This document shows, piece after piece, positions 11,001 through 22,127 of a stretch of DNA of 64,000 nt. Origin of the DNA: Rebecca billardiae RCC1528 (lineage: Eukaryota > Protista > Haptophyta); NCBI GenBank assembly GCA_965240325.2, contig OZ251227.1:434001-498000 (forward strand), written 5' to 3'. A program made the translations under genes and the position numbers. Every line of letters starts with the position of its first letter. Position 1 is the first letter of the stretch. The notes beneath the pieces were generated by a model. The model was not told the origin of the DNA. It worked only from the letters and a program-made list of their open reading frames with translations, and searched no databases.

Positions 11001-12059
11001 CGCGCTGCTCAGCGGCGGCCACGCGGTGAACGAGCGCGCGGCGTCCGGGCTGAGCCCGCTGCACATCTGCGCGCACGTCGGCGACGTGCCGATCGCGCGC
11101 GAGCTGCTCGCCGCGGGCGCGGACGTGAACCAGCGCGAGCTCAAGCGCGGGCTGCGCCCCGCGCACTTTGCAGCGATCGGCGGCCACGCGGCGGTGCTCG
11201 AGCTGCTGCTCGCCGCGCCGGGCGGGCTGCCCTTCGACGAGGGCCCGGCGGAGAAGCCCGCGCCCGCGCAGAGCGACGGCGCTCCGCCGCGCTCGCCGCG
11301 CTCGCCTCTCTCGCTGCTGCTCTGCGCGGCGGTGCGCGCGCGCGCGCCGCCGCCCGGCGCGCGCGGCGCCTCGCGCGCGCGCCGCGGGCCTCCGCCGTCG
11401 CGCGATGGCTCAACCGCCCGTGCCCGCCCCCGCGCCGCGCCGCCTGCCGTGCTGCCGCGCAGGTCTCGCACTCGCAGGCGTGCGTGCGCATCGCGCTGCG
11501 CCACCAGCCTGTGCGCTCCGTGCGCTCCGCCCTCGCCGCGTGCGCGGTGAGCGGCGCCGCCGAGTGCCTGCAGCTGCTGCTGGCCGAGGGCGCGGCCAGC
11601 CCGCGCGCGTCGGCGGCCGTGGCTGCGGACGGCGCGCCGAGGCTCGTGGACACGCACGACGCCGACGGCATCACGCTGCTCATGCTCGCCGCGCTGCATG
11701 CACACGAGGTGCGCGCGAGGCGCGAGCGCGCCGCGGCCCGTGCCCGCGCCGGCGCGCAGCTCTCACACGCGCGCCACCGCCCTCCGCGCGCACCCGGCGC
11801 GCCGCAGGCATGTGTGGGCGTGCTGCTCGAGCACGGCGCGAGCGTCGACCGACGCGCGACCGGCGCGCAGTGGGGCGTGCTGCACTTCGCCGCGGCGGCA
11901 GGCGACGACGCGGTGCCCATCACAGAGCAGCTGCTGGCCGCGGGCGCAGACGCGGCCCTTGAGAGCGCCGACGGCGCAACGGCTGTGCAGCTCGCAGACC
12001 TCCTCGGGCACAGCGCGATGCAGCGCGTCCTGAGCGCCGCAACCGCGTCGCGCGCATGA
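8049..12059 (+). CDS. Putative transcription factor: CBP60-like DNA-binding region, P/Q/H-rich region and C-terminal ankyrin repeats; introns 8169-8277, 11332-11462, 11709-11807
   Basis: Three GTGCGC..GCAG introns join the ORFs in frame. Ankyrin repeats are clear (GLSPLHICAHVGDVPIARELLAAGADVN, GLRPAHFAAIGGH, GITLLMLAALHAHEACVGVLLEHGASVD). The 8581-9225 segment resembles the plant CBP60 core. Confidence 0.75.
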
Positions 12060-12452
12060 GCTACGCGCCACTCCTGCACGACTCATGCCGGCAGGACAGC
12101 ACGTTGACCAAGCATTCGCAGATATGTCATCAATCGTCATCTAAGTTCGCCTCGGACCGTACTCCGTAGGCGTAATCCGGGCACCGAGTGCGGCCGAGTG
12201 CGCTCAGCTGTCAGCAGTATAGCCGTGTTACGACTAATGTCTAATTAACGCGACCGAGCTTAAATCGTCATCGTGTAGGCGGATTAGATGGAGTCCAGGC
12301 AGGGAACACACGCGTGACCGGAGTGCCAATAAGGGACGGATCCGGTCCTGACGATCACTGGCTGCTGATCATGCAGCAGCACGCTGACTAAAATTATTAC
12401 GCCGAAGACCGGCCGGGCGGCTAAACTTGACGGCTCGTCCGGGGCATATTGA

Positions 12453-13990
12453 AAAACTCTGCCCTGGCGGGCGGGGGGGTCGGCGGGCCGTGCCAGTGCT
12501 GTCGCAATATTTCCTCTGCGGCGGGTTCGCGTCTGCTTTATTCATCCACATTCGCTCGTGGCCGTGGGTGACGGACAGCCCGAGGGCGAGGACCAGTGAC
12601 ACCTGAAGGCTGAAGTTCTCCCACGTGACCGTGTAACACGTCTGTACTCTGTGCCGCATCACTCCATCAGCGAGGCCCACACCCACGAGGGAATGTGCAG
12701 CACGCGGGGCAGGGAGGGTAGCCCGTTGCTCCGCGCGAGCGCGGGTACGCGCTGTATGTGCCTATACGGCCCGCCATATTTGCTTGTGACGCCTGACGGT
12801 GACGGTTCAATGTCACGGCCGCCACGCTGCGCAACAACGCGTCCAGGTCCAAGCGCTCGTCGGCGCTCGCCGCTTCGCGCGACAGGTCCGGCACCCGCAC
12901 GTTCGGCGGTATCAGGAGCTGTCGGCGGTGCGCGCGCGCGCAGTGCGAGAGCGTGTGCCACTCGCGATCGAGGGTGGGCACGCGCTGCTCGAGCAGGCAC
13001 AGGAAGCGCAGCGCAAGTGCCACTGGCTTCACGACGTCGGCCTCGTCCCGCAGCGCTCGTGCCATGGACAAGGATGGCGCGGCGATCTTGCACGCGCGAC
13101 GTTTCATCTCGTCGCGGATGCGCACCTGGGATCGCTTATAGCGCGTTGTCGCCTCAGTCGCCGACTCGCGAAGACGCGATTCCGGCCACGGCGGCAGAAC
13201 CGGCAGGTGCGTGCGGTGCGCCTCGTACGCCGCTTCGCGCTGCGCCTCCGTCGCATTGGTCACCGTCACCGCCGACGCCATGCAGGCCGGAGGCGCCGAG
13301 CGATCTTTGGCCGCGAGCTCGCGAGCGCGAAAGATGAGCGCTCGCTCTGGAACGCCAGTTTGCTGCATGCGCCCGACCTTGCCAACCGGGGCACGCGACA
13401 GTCCGGTGAGTAGATTCCGGTTCTGGTGTTCAGAAGGCCGCGCCGAAGCTTGCGTCGCGTGCGATGGCGCTTCCCGCCCGCGAGACACCTCGTGATGAGG
13501 GCCTTCTCGCACCGAGCCCGACGCGCGACGGTGGATCGCGCGAGGTGGTTGTCGTGCGCAGCGCTTGATGCTATGGCCCGTGCGAGCGCTCGACGTGCAA
13601 GTCGGGCGAGGACCGCCCCAGGTCGCACGATCGTGTCGACGCGCCGAGCGTGCCTCCAAACGCGTTGACTTTGGCCCCCGTTCGACCTGCACGCGAGACG
13701 ACGAGGGCAGCAATCGCGAATCGGGCGAAAACCCCCCTCGGGAGTCTTCTCACGATGTCCGCTCCGGCGTTGGATTTGGCGCGCGCCGCCCACGCGCTCC
13801 GCGCCATGGCCGGCATGGTTTTCGGCCGAGCGTCCCCAGTGGGAGCTGCGAGGGCGCCCGGTAGTGAGCGAAGCGACCCGGCAGTGAGGGAGGCGATTTT
13901 CTTTTCTTTGCGAGGCGATTTTCTTTTTTCCTTTTCTTTTTCTTATCTTTTTCCCGGGCACTACAAGGGGCGGACCTACGGCCCGCCATA
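12453..13990 (-). mobile_element. Dispersed ~1.5-kb repeat, copy 1 (probable non-autonomous transposon derivative with an ORF fragment)
   Basis: 12814-13990 and 12453-~12540 match 50247-51500 and ~51690-51774 in inverted orientation. It has an A/G-rich end, inverted GGCGGGCCGT motifs near both ends and an internal ORF MASAVTVTNATEAQ...LDLDALLRSVAAV. Confidence 0.65.
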
Positions 13991-14032
13991 TTGCCATACT
14001 CCCATAGCTAACTGCTAAGGCAGCACCGCCGC

Positions 14033-15733
14033 CTAGCCCTGCCGCGACGCGTAGCGCTTGTGGAGCATGGCGAAGAAGGCGCGCATGCCCATGGCCTCGC
14101 CGCCCTCCGGCCGGCCTGGCGCGGACGCCGTGTTGAACGCCATCACATCCATGTGCAGCCACAGCGGCTCGTCCGCCGCTCGGCCGCCCGCGCCCGACGC
14201 GTCGGCGCCGTCGTCGCTGCCGGCGTCCGAGTCGCCGCCCGCCGAGCCCTCGGCCGGCTCGGCGACGGCCTTCCCGCGCCGGCCGACGAATTCGCTCAAG
14301 TAGAGCGCCGCCGTGATCGCGCCGCCGTACGGGCCGCTGCCGATGTTCTTGAGGTCGGCGACGGCCGACTTGAGCTGCTTCCTGTACGGCTCCCACAGGG
14401 GCAGCTGCCACAGCTGGTCCTGCTCGGCCGCGGAGAGGTCCTGCAGCTCGCGCGCGGCGCCGTCGTCGTTGCTGAAGATGGAGGGCACGTCGGCGCCCAG
14501 CGCGACGCGCGAGGCGCCCGTGAGCGTGGCCATGTCGATGATCAGCTCCGGGCTCTCTTCGCCCGCGAGCACGAGCGCGTCCGAGAGGACGAGCCGCCCC
14601 TCCGCGTCCGTGTTGCCCACCTCGGTCGTCTTGCCGTTGCGCGCGAGCAGCACGTCCCCCGGGCGGAAGGCGGAGCCCGAGATGGCGTTCTCGACAGCGG
14701 GGAGCAGCAGCTGGAGCTGCACGGGGAGCCGCGCGTCCATGACCATGTGCGCGAGCCCGAGCGCGTGCGCGGCGCCGCCCATGTCCTTCTTCATCGTGAG
14801 CATCGCCGCGGCCGGCTTGATGTCGAGCCCGCCCGTGTCGAAGCACACGCCCTTGCCGATGATCGCGATGCGGGGGACGGAGGGCCCGTCCGCGCCGCGC
14901 CAGCGCAGCTCGATCAGCCGCGGCTCCCGCCCGGCCGCCGCGGCGCGGCCGACCGCGTGGATTGTCGGCAGGTTGGCGCTCAGCAGCGCATCCCCCACCG
15001 TCGACGCCACCTCGGCGCCCTCGTGCCGTGCCGCGAGCGCGCGCGTCGCCTCCTCGAGCTCCGCCGGCCCGAGCTGCTCGCACGGGGCGGAGATCAAATC
15101 GCGCACGAGGTACGTGGCCTCCGCCGCGCGGCTCACGGCCGCCGAGTCGCACCCGGCCGGCCACACGAGCCGCGGCTCCGGCGTCTCCGGCGGCTTGCTC
15201 GGCTTCTTGAGGCAGTCAAACGTGTACGCGCCCAGGGCCCAGCTCAGCGCCGCCGCGTTTGCGCCGCGCTCGTCGAGGCCACCGATCACGTTCAGCGCGT
15301 AGACGTTCCCAGCGGGCAGCGCGCCCGGCAGCGCGGAGTACGTGAACAGAGCCGACGCGTTCGCGACCGGCAGCACTACGCGGCCGAGCGCGACGCCATC
15401 TTCGGCGGGGATGGGCGTCCACTCACCGGGCTTGAACTTGGAGCGGCCGAGGGCCTCGAGCCAGCCGCGAGTCGTCTCGCTCTGCTCCGCGAGCCAGCTC
15501 GTCCACGCGGACTTGGGCACGGCGGTAATCTCGACGGAACGCGCGTCCGAGGCCTCCGCGAAACGGCCCGCCCAGCGGCGTGGGTCCAGCTCGACAGGCG
15601 TCGGCCGCTGGGCCATGCGCACCGACGACAGCGCGCGCCGAGAGACGCGCGCAGTGCGCGCGACGTGGCCAGTTGTCGCGGAGACGGCGGTCACAGGCAT
15701 CGCGCCCAGGAGCGCGATCAGCACGCGCGTCAT
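14033..15733 (-). CDS. Leucyl aminopeptidase (peptidase M17, bacterial PepB-like), probably plastid-targeted
   Basis: GKGVCFDTGGLDIK, MKKDMGGAA, NTDAEGRLVLSD, DMATLTGA and WLHMD. N-terminal signal peptide plus an R/S/A-rich transit-like peptide. Confidence 0.93.
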   Translation of the reverse strand: MTRVLIALLGAMPVTAVSATTGHVARTARVSRRALSSVRMAQRPTPVELDPRRWAGRFAEASDARSVEITAVPKSAWTSWLAEQSETTRGWLEALGRSKFKPGEWTPIPAEDGVALGRVVLPVANASALFTYSALPGALPAGNVYALNVIGGLDERGANAAALSWALGAYTFDCLKKPSKPPETPEPRLVWPAGCDSAAVSRAAEATYLVRDLISAPCEQLGPAELEEATRALAARHEGAEVASTVGDALLSANLPTIHAVGRAAAAGREPRLIELRWRGADGPSVPRIAIIGKGVCFDTGGLDIKPAAAMLTMKKDMGGAAHALGLAHMVMDARLPVQLQLLLPAVENAISGSAFRPGDVLLARNGKTTEVGNTDAEGRLVLSDALVLAGEESPELIIDMATLTGASRVALGADVPSIFSNDDGAARELQDLSAAEQDQLWQLPLWEPYRKQLKSAVADLKNIGSGPYGGAITAALYLSEFVGRRGKAVAEPAEGSAGGDSDAGSDDGADASGAGGRAADEPLWLHMDVMAFNTASAPGRPEGGEAMGMRAFFAMLHKRYASRQG

Positions 15734-15942
15734 CCGGCGGAGACGCGAAATACGCGCAATCAGCGACCACATCAGCGATTCAGCCAGTCAGCCTCACCCA
15801 ACCGCACTGGCAAGGGCCTTGCCTCACCGTCGTCAGGTCCGGTTTTCATCGGTGGGCGGCGGGACGCGGCCCCCCCCGGTTGCCGTTTGGCGGCGAGGGA
15901 GCCGAGAAACGCGGCGCCCTGCCGCTGGGACGGCTCACGGAC

Positions 15943-17200
15943 ATGTCGTCGGAAGCGCGCGAGCCTCGAGATGGCGCGGCCATGACCCGGTCTAAGTCGG
16001 CGGCGCAGCTTCGCTATCGCACCCTGGACCGGACGCGTTCCATGCCAAAGCTCCGGGAAGATCTGCCGCAGCGCTCGACCCCGCTGGAGCTTGTGCTCTC
16101 CTTGGGCTTCCTCGTGCTCGTGTGCTACGGGGCCTTCTGCCTCTTCCATGCTCATCGCCTGGGCTTCTGGGTTGCAGTTGGGCTCTGGGCCGTGTGCATC
16201 GCGCGCATGCACTTTCAGATCTGGTACTACTCGGGGACGGCGCAGTTCGCTCACGTGGCGCGTCGATTCCCGCACGCCTACATCAATACGGTGGTGGGGT
16301 TTGTGCCGTTCAACGTGGCCAAGCTCCTCCAGTGGATCGTTTGCGAAATGAACCCCTTCTTCGACTTCCAAGGCCAGCTCTTCACCATCGACACCCGTGG
16401 TGGGTACATCGACACAGACAGGTACCTCAGGGCGGCCATGGACCTGGACAAGCCCCTGCTCTTCAAGCGAGGCCCCACCTACTGGTACATCAACGTCGTC
16501 GGCTTCAGCGTTTCACCCCAGATGTGGACAAACGTGTACACTGTTGGGCCCGTCGCCGCATTCGGTGTCTTCCCTGTGGTGTACTCGGACAGGTACGTGA
16601 TGTTCCAGAATGACCTCCTCGGGACTCATTTCATCTTCAACTCGATGGTGCGCGCTGCGCGCGGGCGCCGCAGGGAGGGATGAAACTGCAGGTGTTTTTC
16701 GCGGGAGGCGCTTGAGGGTGGCAGGGATGGCGTATGCACCGGGGTGCCCCGTGACCTTCTCTGCGCCCCGTTTGGTGGTGCCCTGGCAGGTGATGTTCTA
16801 CTTCAACGGCCGCGAGAGCTTCAACCATGTCAAGCAAATGACCCTGCCCCCTCTCTCGTGGCTGATGACAGTGAGCTGGGAGAACTTTGGGCTGACACTC
16901 ATCGACGTCATCGAGGAGTCCGAGGAGCGGCGGTCCAGGCAGCCGGTGCCAACCTATCTCGGGCTCCTTACCGCGTCCGAGATCGATGCGCTCCGGCCAG
17001 CCTCTCTCGCCAATAATTGGAACCCCCCGGACGCGGAGAAGAAGTGGAACATGAAGTGGACGATGATGCCAGCCAAAACCGCCGCTGCCAATGTGGCGAA
17101 AGCCCGGCCGGAACCGCCGTCGGATGCGGTGCCGGATGTCATGGACATGTCCGCGCCCACGCAGCGGAACAAGCCTGCCCGATTCTGCGGCTGCATTTGA
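15943..17200 (+). CDS. Uncharacterised membrane protein; intron 16648-16789
   Basis: Two ORFs joined in frame by a GTGCGC..GCAG intron. N-terminal TM helices, aromatic-rich globular part, C-terminus RFCGCI and coding-type codon usage. Confidence 0.7.
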
Positions 17201-17984
17201 TTTGCGCACTCTCAAACCCGGCCCGCGCGCCCCGTCTCCTGTTGGCACCAGGACCAGCAGCCGTCGCGGTGCGCCGCCCACGGCACAGCCCAAGGGCGTT
17301 CCCGGGCGTCCATGCCACACTGGCGCGGCCGTACTGCCTACTGGCTAGTCACTTCGGCACAATGCAGCGCGCGGTACTCGTAGTTATTGACCCGCGTCTC
17401 TGCTACCTGCGGGAGGCTCCGGAGTCCGTATCATGCGGTATAACGGTAGTCGGTACCGTCAATCAGTCTCATCACGCGGTCTAAACTCTATATAAAGCGT
17501 ACTCGTCACTCCCGGTGTCACTGTACCGTCACTGATGTACCACTACCACTACCAAGTACCAGTTTAGTCCGAGCAGTGTCTGTCAGCCGTCCGTCATAAG
17601 TCATATAATTAAGACACTGCGGTAACTATTTGGCGCCGGTATGACCAGCGTGCGGGCGGGAACCGCGGGGGGAACGCCCCGGAGACTGGCCGGCCTGGGT
17701 CAGCGGCCAGCGCAGCGGCAGCGGGCGGGGGCGTCACGGTGGCGGTCACCCTGACTGACAAGACACGAGTGACTCAGTGACGCGGTTGCGGGTCGCGGCC
17801 CGGCGGGTCGCGCACTCGGCGAGGCCCGCGAGTCGCAGAAGCCAGGAGTGAGGAGGCAGGACGGGCCGTCTAACGTCGCAATACTTTATAATTGTAGTCG
17901 TCTACTGATGTACTACCAAGTACTACTGCTAGTATAATAGGCAACCGTAACTCCTCAAGACATATTTATTCCTGACGATGGTAG

Positions 17985-17986
<2 letters not shown>

Positions 17987-18017
<31 letters not shown>
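17987..18017. repeat. (TA)n microsatellite
   Basis: Pure TA run. Similar runs occur at ~215-262, 19231-19252, 40503-40512, 42552-42567 and 63921-63935. Confidence 0.95.
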
Positions 18018-18019
<2 letters not shown>

Positions 18020-18546
18020 TTATTCCAGCGCTCGACGAGAAGGGGCAGGTCACGTGTGGGATGTAGCGCAGCTGCGCAAATTATGATCCTCTGTGACAGC
18101 AACCACCAGCCACAACCGCGATGCTGCCAGGCAAACTGTGCGAGAACATAACCCTACTACAGCGCGAGAAAGGCGAGCCGCATGCGCATCGACGCGAGAC
18201 GTGGTGCAAGTGCAAGTGGCGACGAAGTCGAGGTCGAGCTGGCACCACTGATCAAGAGCGCTGGGGGCTCATCGCGGTCCACTGCATCGGGACTCGCGGC
18301 CGGTGCAGCCCCGTCCATCATCCGAAACTATGCGCCCCCTCCTTCTTGCGTCGACCTCCGTCCACCCGAGGCGGGCCCTCGCTGGTTCCATCGCGCGGTG
18401 ACCGGATCAGCAGCCCAGAACTCCAGAGCGGTCGGTGACGGCCGGTGACTGACCGGACGGCCGCCCGGAGGGTCCGGGTTCGAGGTTCATCGCCGCCTTC
18501 TCACCGAATCTTGATCAGCAAGACGCTGAGCAAGCTCTCCGCACTG

Positions 18547-18939
18547 ATGGCGTCCCGAAGCATCACGCTGGCGCTTCTCGCGGTGGTGAGCCTTGCCGTC
18601 ACGGCGGCGGCACACCTGCCTGCGGCGACTTCGCGTGTTCTCGCGCATACGCCACGCGCGCGCGTGGTCGCGGCCGGCGAGGCCCCGCAGCGCGTGGAGG
18701 TGTGCCGCGGTCGGCACTGCGCGAGGCGCGGCTCGGCCAAGACACTTGCACTGCTGCAGGAGCTCGCACCGGATGGAGTGACAGTCTCTGAAGCCGACAC
18801 CGAGGACGAGGAGCACGGCTGCTTCGATGAGTGCACCATGGGGCCGAACGTTCGCGTTGACGGCAAGCGCATCGTGAACGGCATCAAGGGAGCCGCGGCG
18901 TGCGCAGAGCTGCTCGGCGTGGACCCACCGGCGGCTTGA
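18547..18939 (+). CDS. Thioredoxin-like [2Fe-2S] ferredoxin with signal/transit peptide
   Basis: VCRGRHCARRGS and GCFDECTMGPNV supply four Cys in the Trx-like ferredoxin spacing. Signal peptide MASRSITLALLAVVSLAVTAAA. Confidence 0.85.
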   Translation: MASRSITLALLAVVSLAVTAAAHLPAATSRVLAHTPRARVVAAGEAPQRVEVCRGRHCARRGSAKTLALLQELAPDGVTVSEADTEDEEHGCFDECTMGPNVRVDGKRIVNGIKGAAACAELLGVDPPAA

Positions 18940-20399
18940 GCCCCTTGTAGGAGCAGAGGACCATACTTCCCCATTCAGCGGTGGGTGTACTTCCGACGCA
19001 GAGCGTACCGTAGTCCTATATGGGAAGCCGCTGCGTGTCACCTTACCCGGTCACGGCTGCATCGATGACCAAATCGGCATTCGATTATTTCGAACCGTGC
19101 ATTCGTTAGTCAGTAGTGTGAATCGTGATTCGTGTCGATTGCGGCGATTGCCGGCCGATCCTGCCGCCCGCGGTCTAGTGAGATGCTAAATAGTTAAATA
19201 GTTAATAAGTTAAATATATATCCGCATTGGATATATATATATATATATATATGTATTACTTGAAATATCCGGCACCGCCTTCCGAGTCCCGGGCCGCTGC
19301 TAGACACTGACATACTCGTCCGGCCCGACCTAACTGGCACCAGGCGCATACCCACACCGCATTCATTAGATCATCATCATATGCATGCAGTGTCAGAGTA
19401 CTCGTAGACGTAGTAACTCGTCAGCGGTCACCGTCACGGCTTCGGGCCTGGTGCTCGGACCCGGTCAGACTCATTCTATGATTTAACGGCACAGGGAGGA
19501 CGACGCGGGTCTCCTGATTCGTCGGCGGCAGTGCCCGATCGTCGACACGAAGTCGGCGTTGGTGGCAGAGCATAGCCTGCACGGTGCGCCGCGATCGTAA
19601 AGCTTGAGCGCACGGCCTTGGTTGGGCTTGAGCTGCTGAAGCCGCGACGATCCACCTGCGCTGCGCGGCTCGCATGGACCTGCTGTGCCCCGAGCAAGGG
19701 CGAAAGTGCAGGTCCGGATGTCAGACTCACAGACTGCCGCCGCGACCCGTATAGTATTAAATACATAATAAATAGGTCTATTCGAAATTATAATTAAAAG
19801 TATCAGCAGATCCATGAGGCTGCTTATGACCGTCAGCCGCGAGCTGACTACTCGGACTTTGCAGAGCGGCAGTTTCGTGGAGTTTGGAGACTCCGCGCTG
19901 CTGCAAGTCACACTCAGGCCGAGTGATCATCACGGACACGCGGCCGCAGACTGAGACTCGTCTTTAATACCTGCCTGCTACCATCTATCTTTGATGTCTT
20001 ATTAGCAGCAAACTGCAAAGCGCCGCAGTCACTCGCTGAGTCAGCATGAGTACGCTGACGACTCGGACTGAGGAGTGAGAGTCGAGTCGTCGACGACTCA
20101 CCACTCAGTGACTCACCACTCACCAGTCACCCGTCAGTCACCGACTTCGGACTGACACCGGCGGACAGGTTGCACGGAGAAATGACCGCCCGCGACTGAC
20201 AGATGTTAATTACATTCACAGTGGACGCGACCTGTCCACCCGTCTTTCGGTACATCGCGCCCGTCCCATGGCGGCCGGCGCGTGGCGCGAGTGCTTGGAA
20301 ACCACGGAGCACACGAATGCCGGTGGTTTCCGACCTTCGCCGCCACGGCCCGCCTCCCCGTTCGCCCGCAATCGGTACCGCAGTCTGGTGCCCAGTTCC

Positions 20400-21624
20400 T
20401 CTCACTCCCGCGTCGGCAGTGGCGCGAAGCCGAAGCGCATCGAGAAGAAGCACAACTGGGACCTGGATACAGGTGGTAGATAGAGCCTTCAAGGAGGCTG
20501 CCGTCGCGAACGAGCAGGATGCGCCGGTTGTGGTATGCGCGTGCACCCATGCACGAACGTGTGCTGGTCTCCTGCTGCACTCCTCATACCGTACGCACGA
20601 GCACGCAACCGTGCGCACGCGCTCAGGTGGCTCGGACCACACACGCGAGTGCTTGTGAAGCTCGCCTCACGAGGCCTTCGTAGAAGAAGGCGGGCAACCG
20701 GAGCGCGCTAAGGAAGCAGAAGACGATGCTCGCCAAACGCGTCCAGCGCGCGAGGGCGAAGCTTGCTACGGCGCGCGCGGCCTCTGTTGTTGCAGCTCGG
20801 GCCGCTGCTCCGGCCGTGAAGGCGTCTGGCGCGGGGTCCTCAGACAAGCAGGCGAACTCTGGGCAGTCTGCCTTTGCCGCCGGCAAGAAGTATCGGAAGC
20901 GCACGCATTTGGTCGAGCGCGTGGCGCGCTCGCGCGCCGTGACGCAGCAAGCAGGCGATCCTTGACAAGCGCCTCGCTGACGCTCAGCAGGCCGAGGCAA
21001 CGAGCGCGGCGCTCGACCACGCTGACAGGCACGCCCTGAGTGAGGGGGAAGGCACCTTTCGAGACAGCACTCAGGCGCTCGACGTTGAGTATGTCATTGA
21101 TCGCGCGCGTGTGTGATCACGGCAGCAAGGCTAAGTCGCGCGAGGTGGAGTAGGTGGTAGCGCGCCTCTTCGCCGCATCATCCGCAGCTGACTGGCGTGC
21201 ACCCGCCAGCTCGCTCACGTCGCGCGCGGCAGCGGTCGGCTTCCACCCTGTTCGCACAGCGCGGCGCCGGCTGCACCTCCCGTTCCGCTGGACGCCGGCT
21301 CGCTCGTCGTTGACGACTTCTTCTTCAACCCGGTCGCGCGGGCGCGGTGATGATACACTCCGGCAGGCAGATGCGGCGCACTGTCTGATGCTCTATGCGT
21401 GCGTGTGCCTTTCCACGACGTCGACTCCTAAGGCTGCTACGCGTGGCATCCAGCTCGAGGCGGAGGTCGCCAGGGCTCGCCCAAGGTCGAATCTGCCTTG
21501 CGTGTGCTGGGTCGCCGAGGTGCGGCCGCAGGGTGCTCGCTGGCTGACTCCTGACGATGACGAGGAGTTGCGCGCCGTCGCAACCTCTCGCACGTATCGT
21601 GCCGACCGCGAGTCGAGTGGATGA
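20400..21624 (+). pseudogene. Decayed coding relic (gene or transposon)
   Basis: Protein-like stretches (WIQVVDRAFKEAAVANEQDAPVV; KTMLAKRVQRARAKL...KKYRKRTHLVERVARSR; WLTPDDDEELRAVA) with an intron-like GTATGC..CTCAG segment and several in-frame stops. Confidence 0.3.
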
Positions 21625-22064
21625 CGCTCGTGGCGGCTGCTCTTCATTCAAATGACGCGGTCGGGCCCTTGGCGAGCTTGGGAGGAGGGCTCAGTCTGCT
21701 ACATGTGCGTCAGTAGTCACGGCCTAAACCGTGCGCAAGATTCATTGAGTCGTACATGGCGCGGCAGCAACGGCCGCACCCGCGAGGGCGCCGTGGGCGG
21801 GCAGCCATGCTCCGAAGGGCCGAAATGTAACACCAAGGTCACTTTCCCGTGCAACCTGTCGGCGTTAGAATCGGCGCGCGGACTCGCGATACGGTGGATA
21901 CTTCTATGATCCGACAGCGGCGGACGGCGACGCAAGTCGTCGTGATATTCACCGTGATTGGCTTTGCGGAGCCTGGGCACCAGCCAGGCAGCCCCCCGCA
22001 CCAGGCCACTGCCACTGGCGTCCGCGCAGCGGACGATTTGCCGCCTTGAGACTCGACGGCACGC

Positions 22065-22070
<6 letters not shown>

Positions 22071-22126
<56 letters not shown>
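22071..22126. repeat. (TA)n microsatellite
   Basis: About 56-bp pure TA run. Confidence 0.95.

Positions 22127-22127
<1 letters not shown>

Noticed and set aside
20030-20160. Short gactca/cactca repeats as a CRISPR array or telomeric repeat
   Set aside because: No constant repeat-spacer period, no cas genes, eukaryotic context and no TTAGGG-type array.
20860-21120. Chromodomain-like snippets (HLVERVARSR, LDVEYVIDR)
   Set aside because: Too short, interrupted by stops and lacking the downstream KW/WEP motifs.
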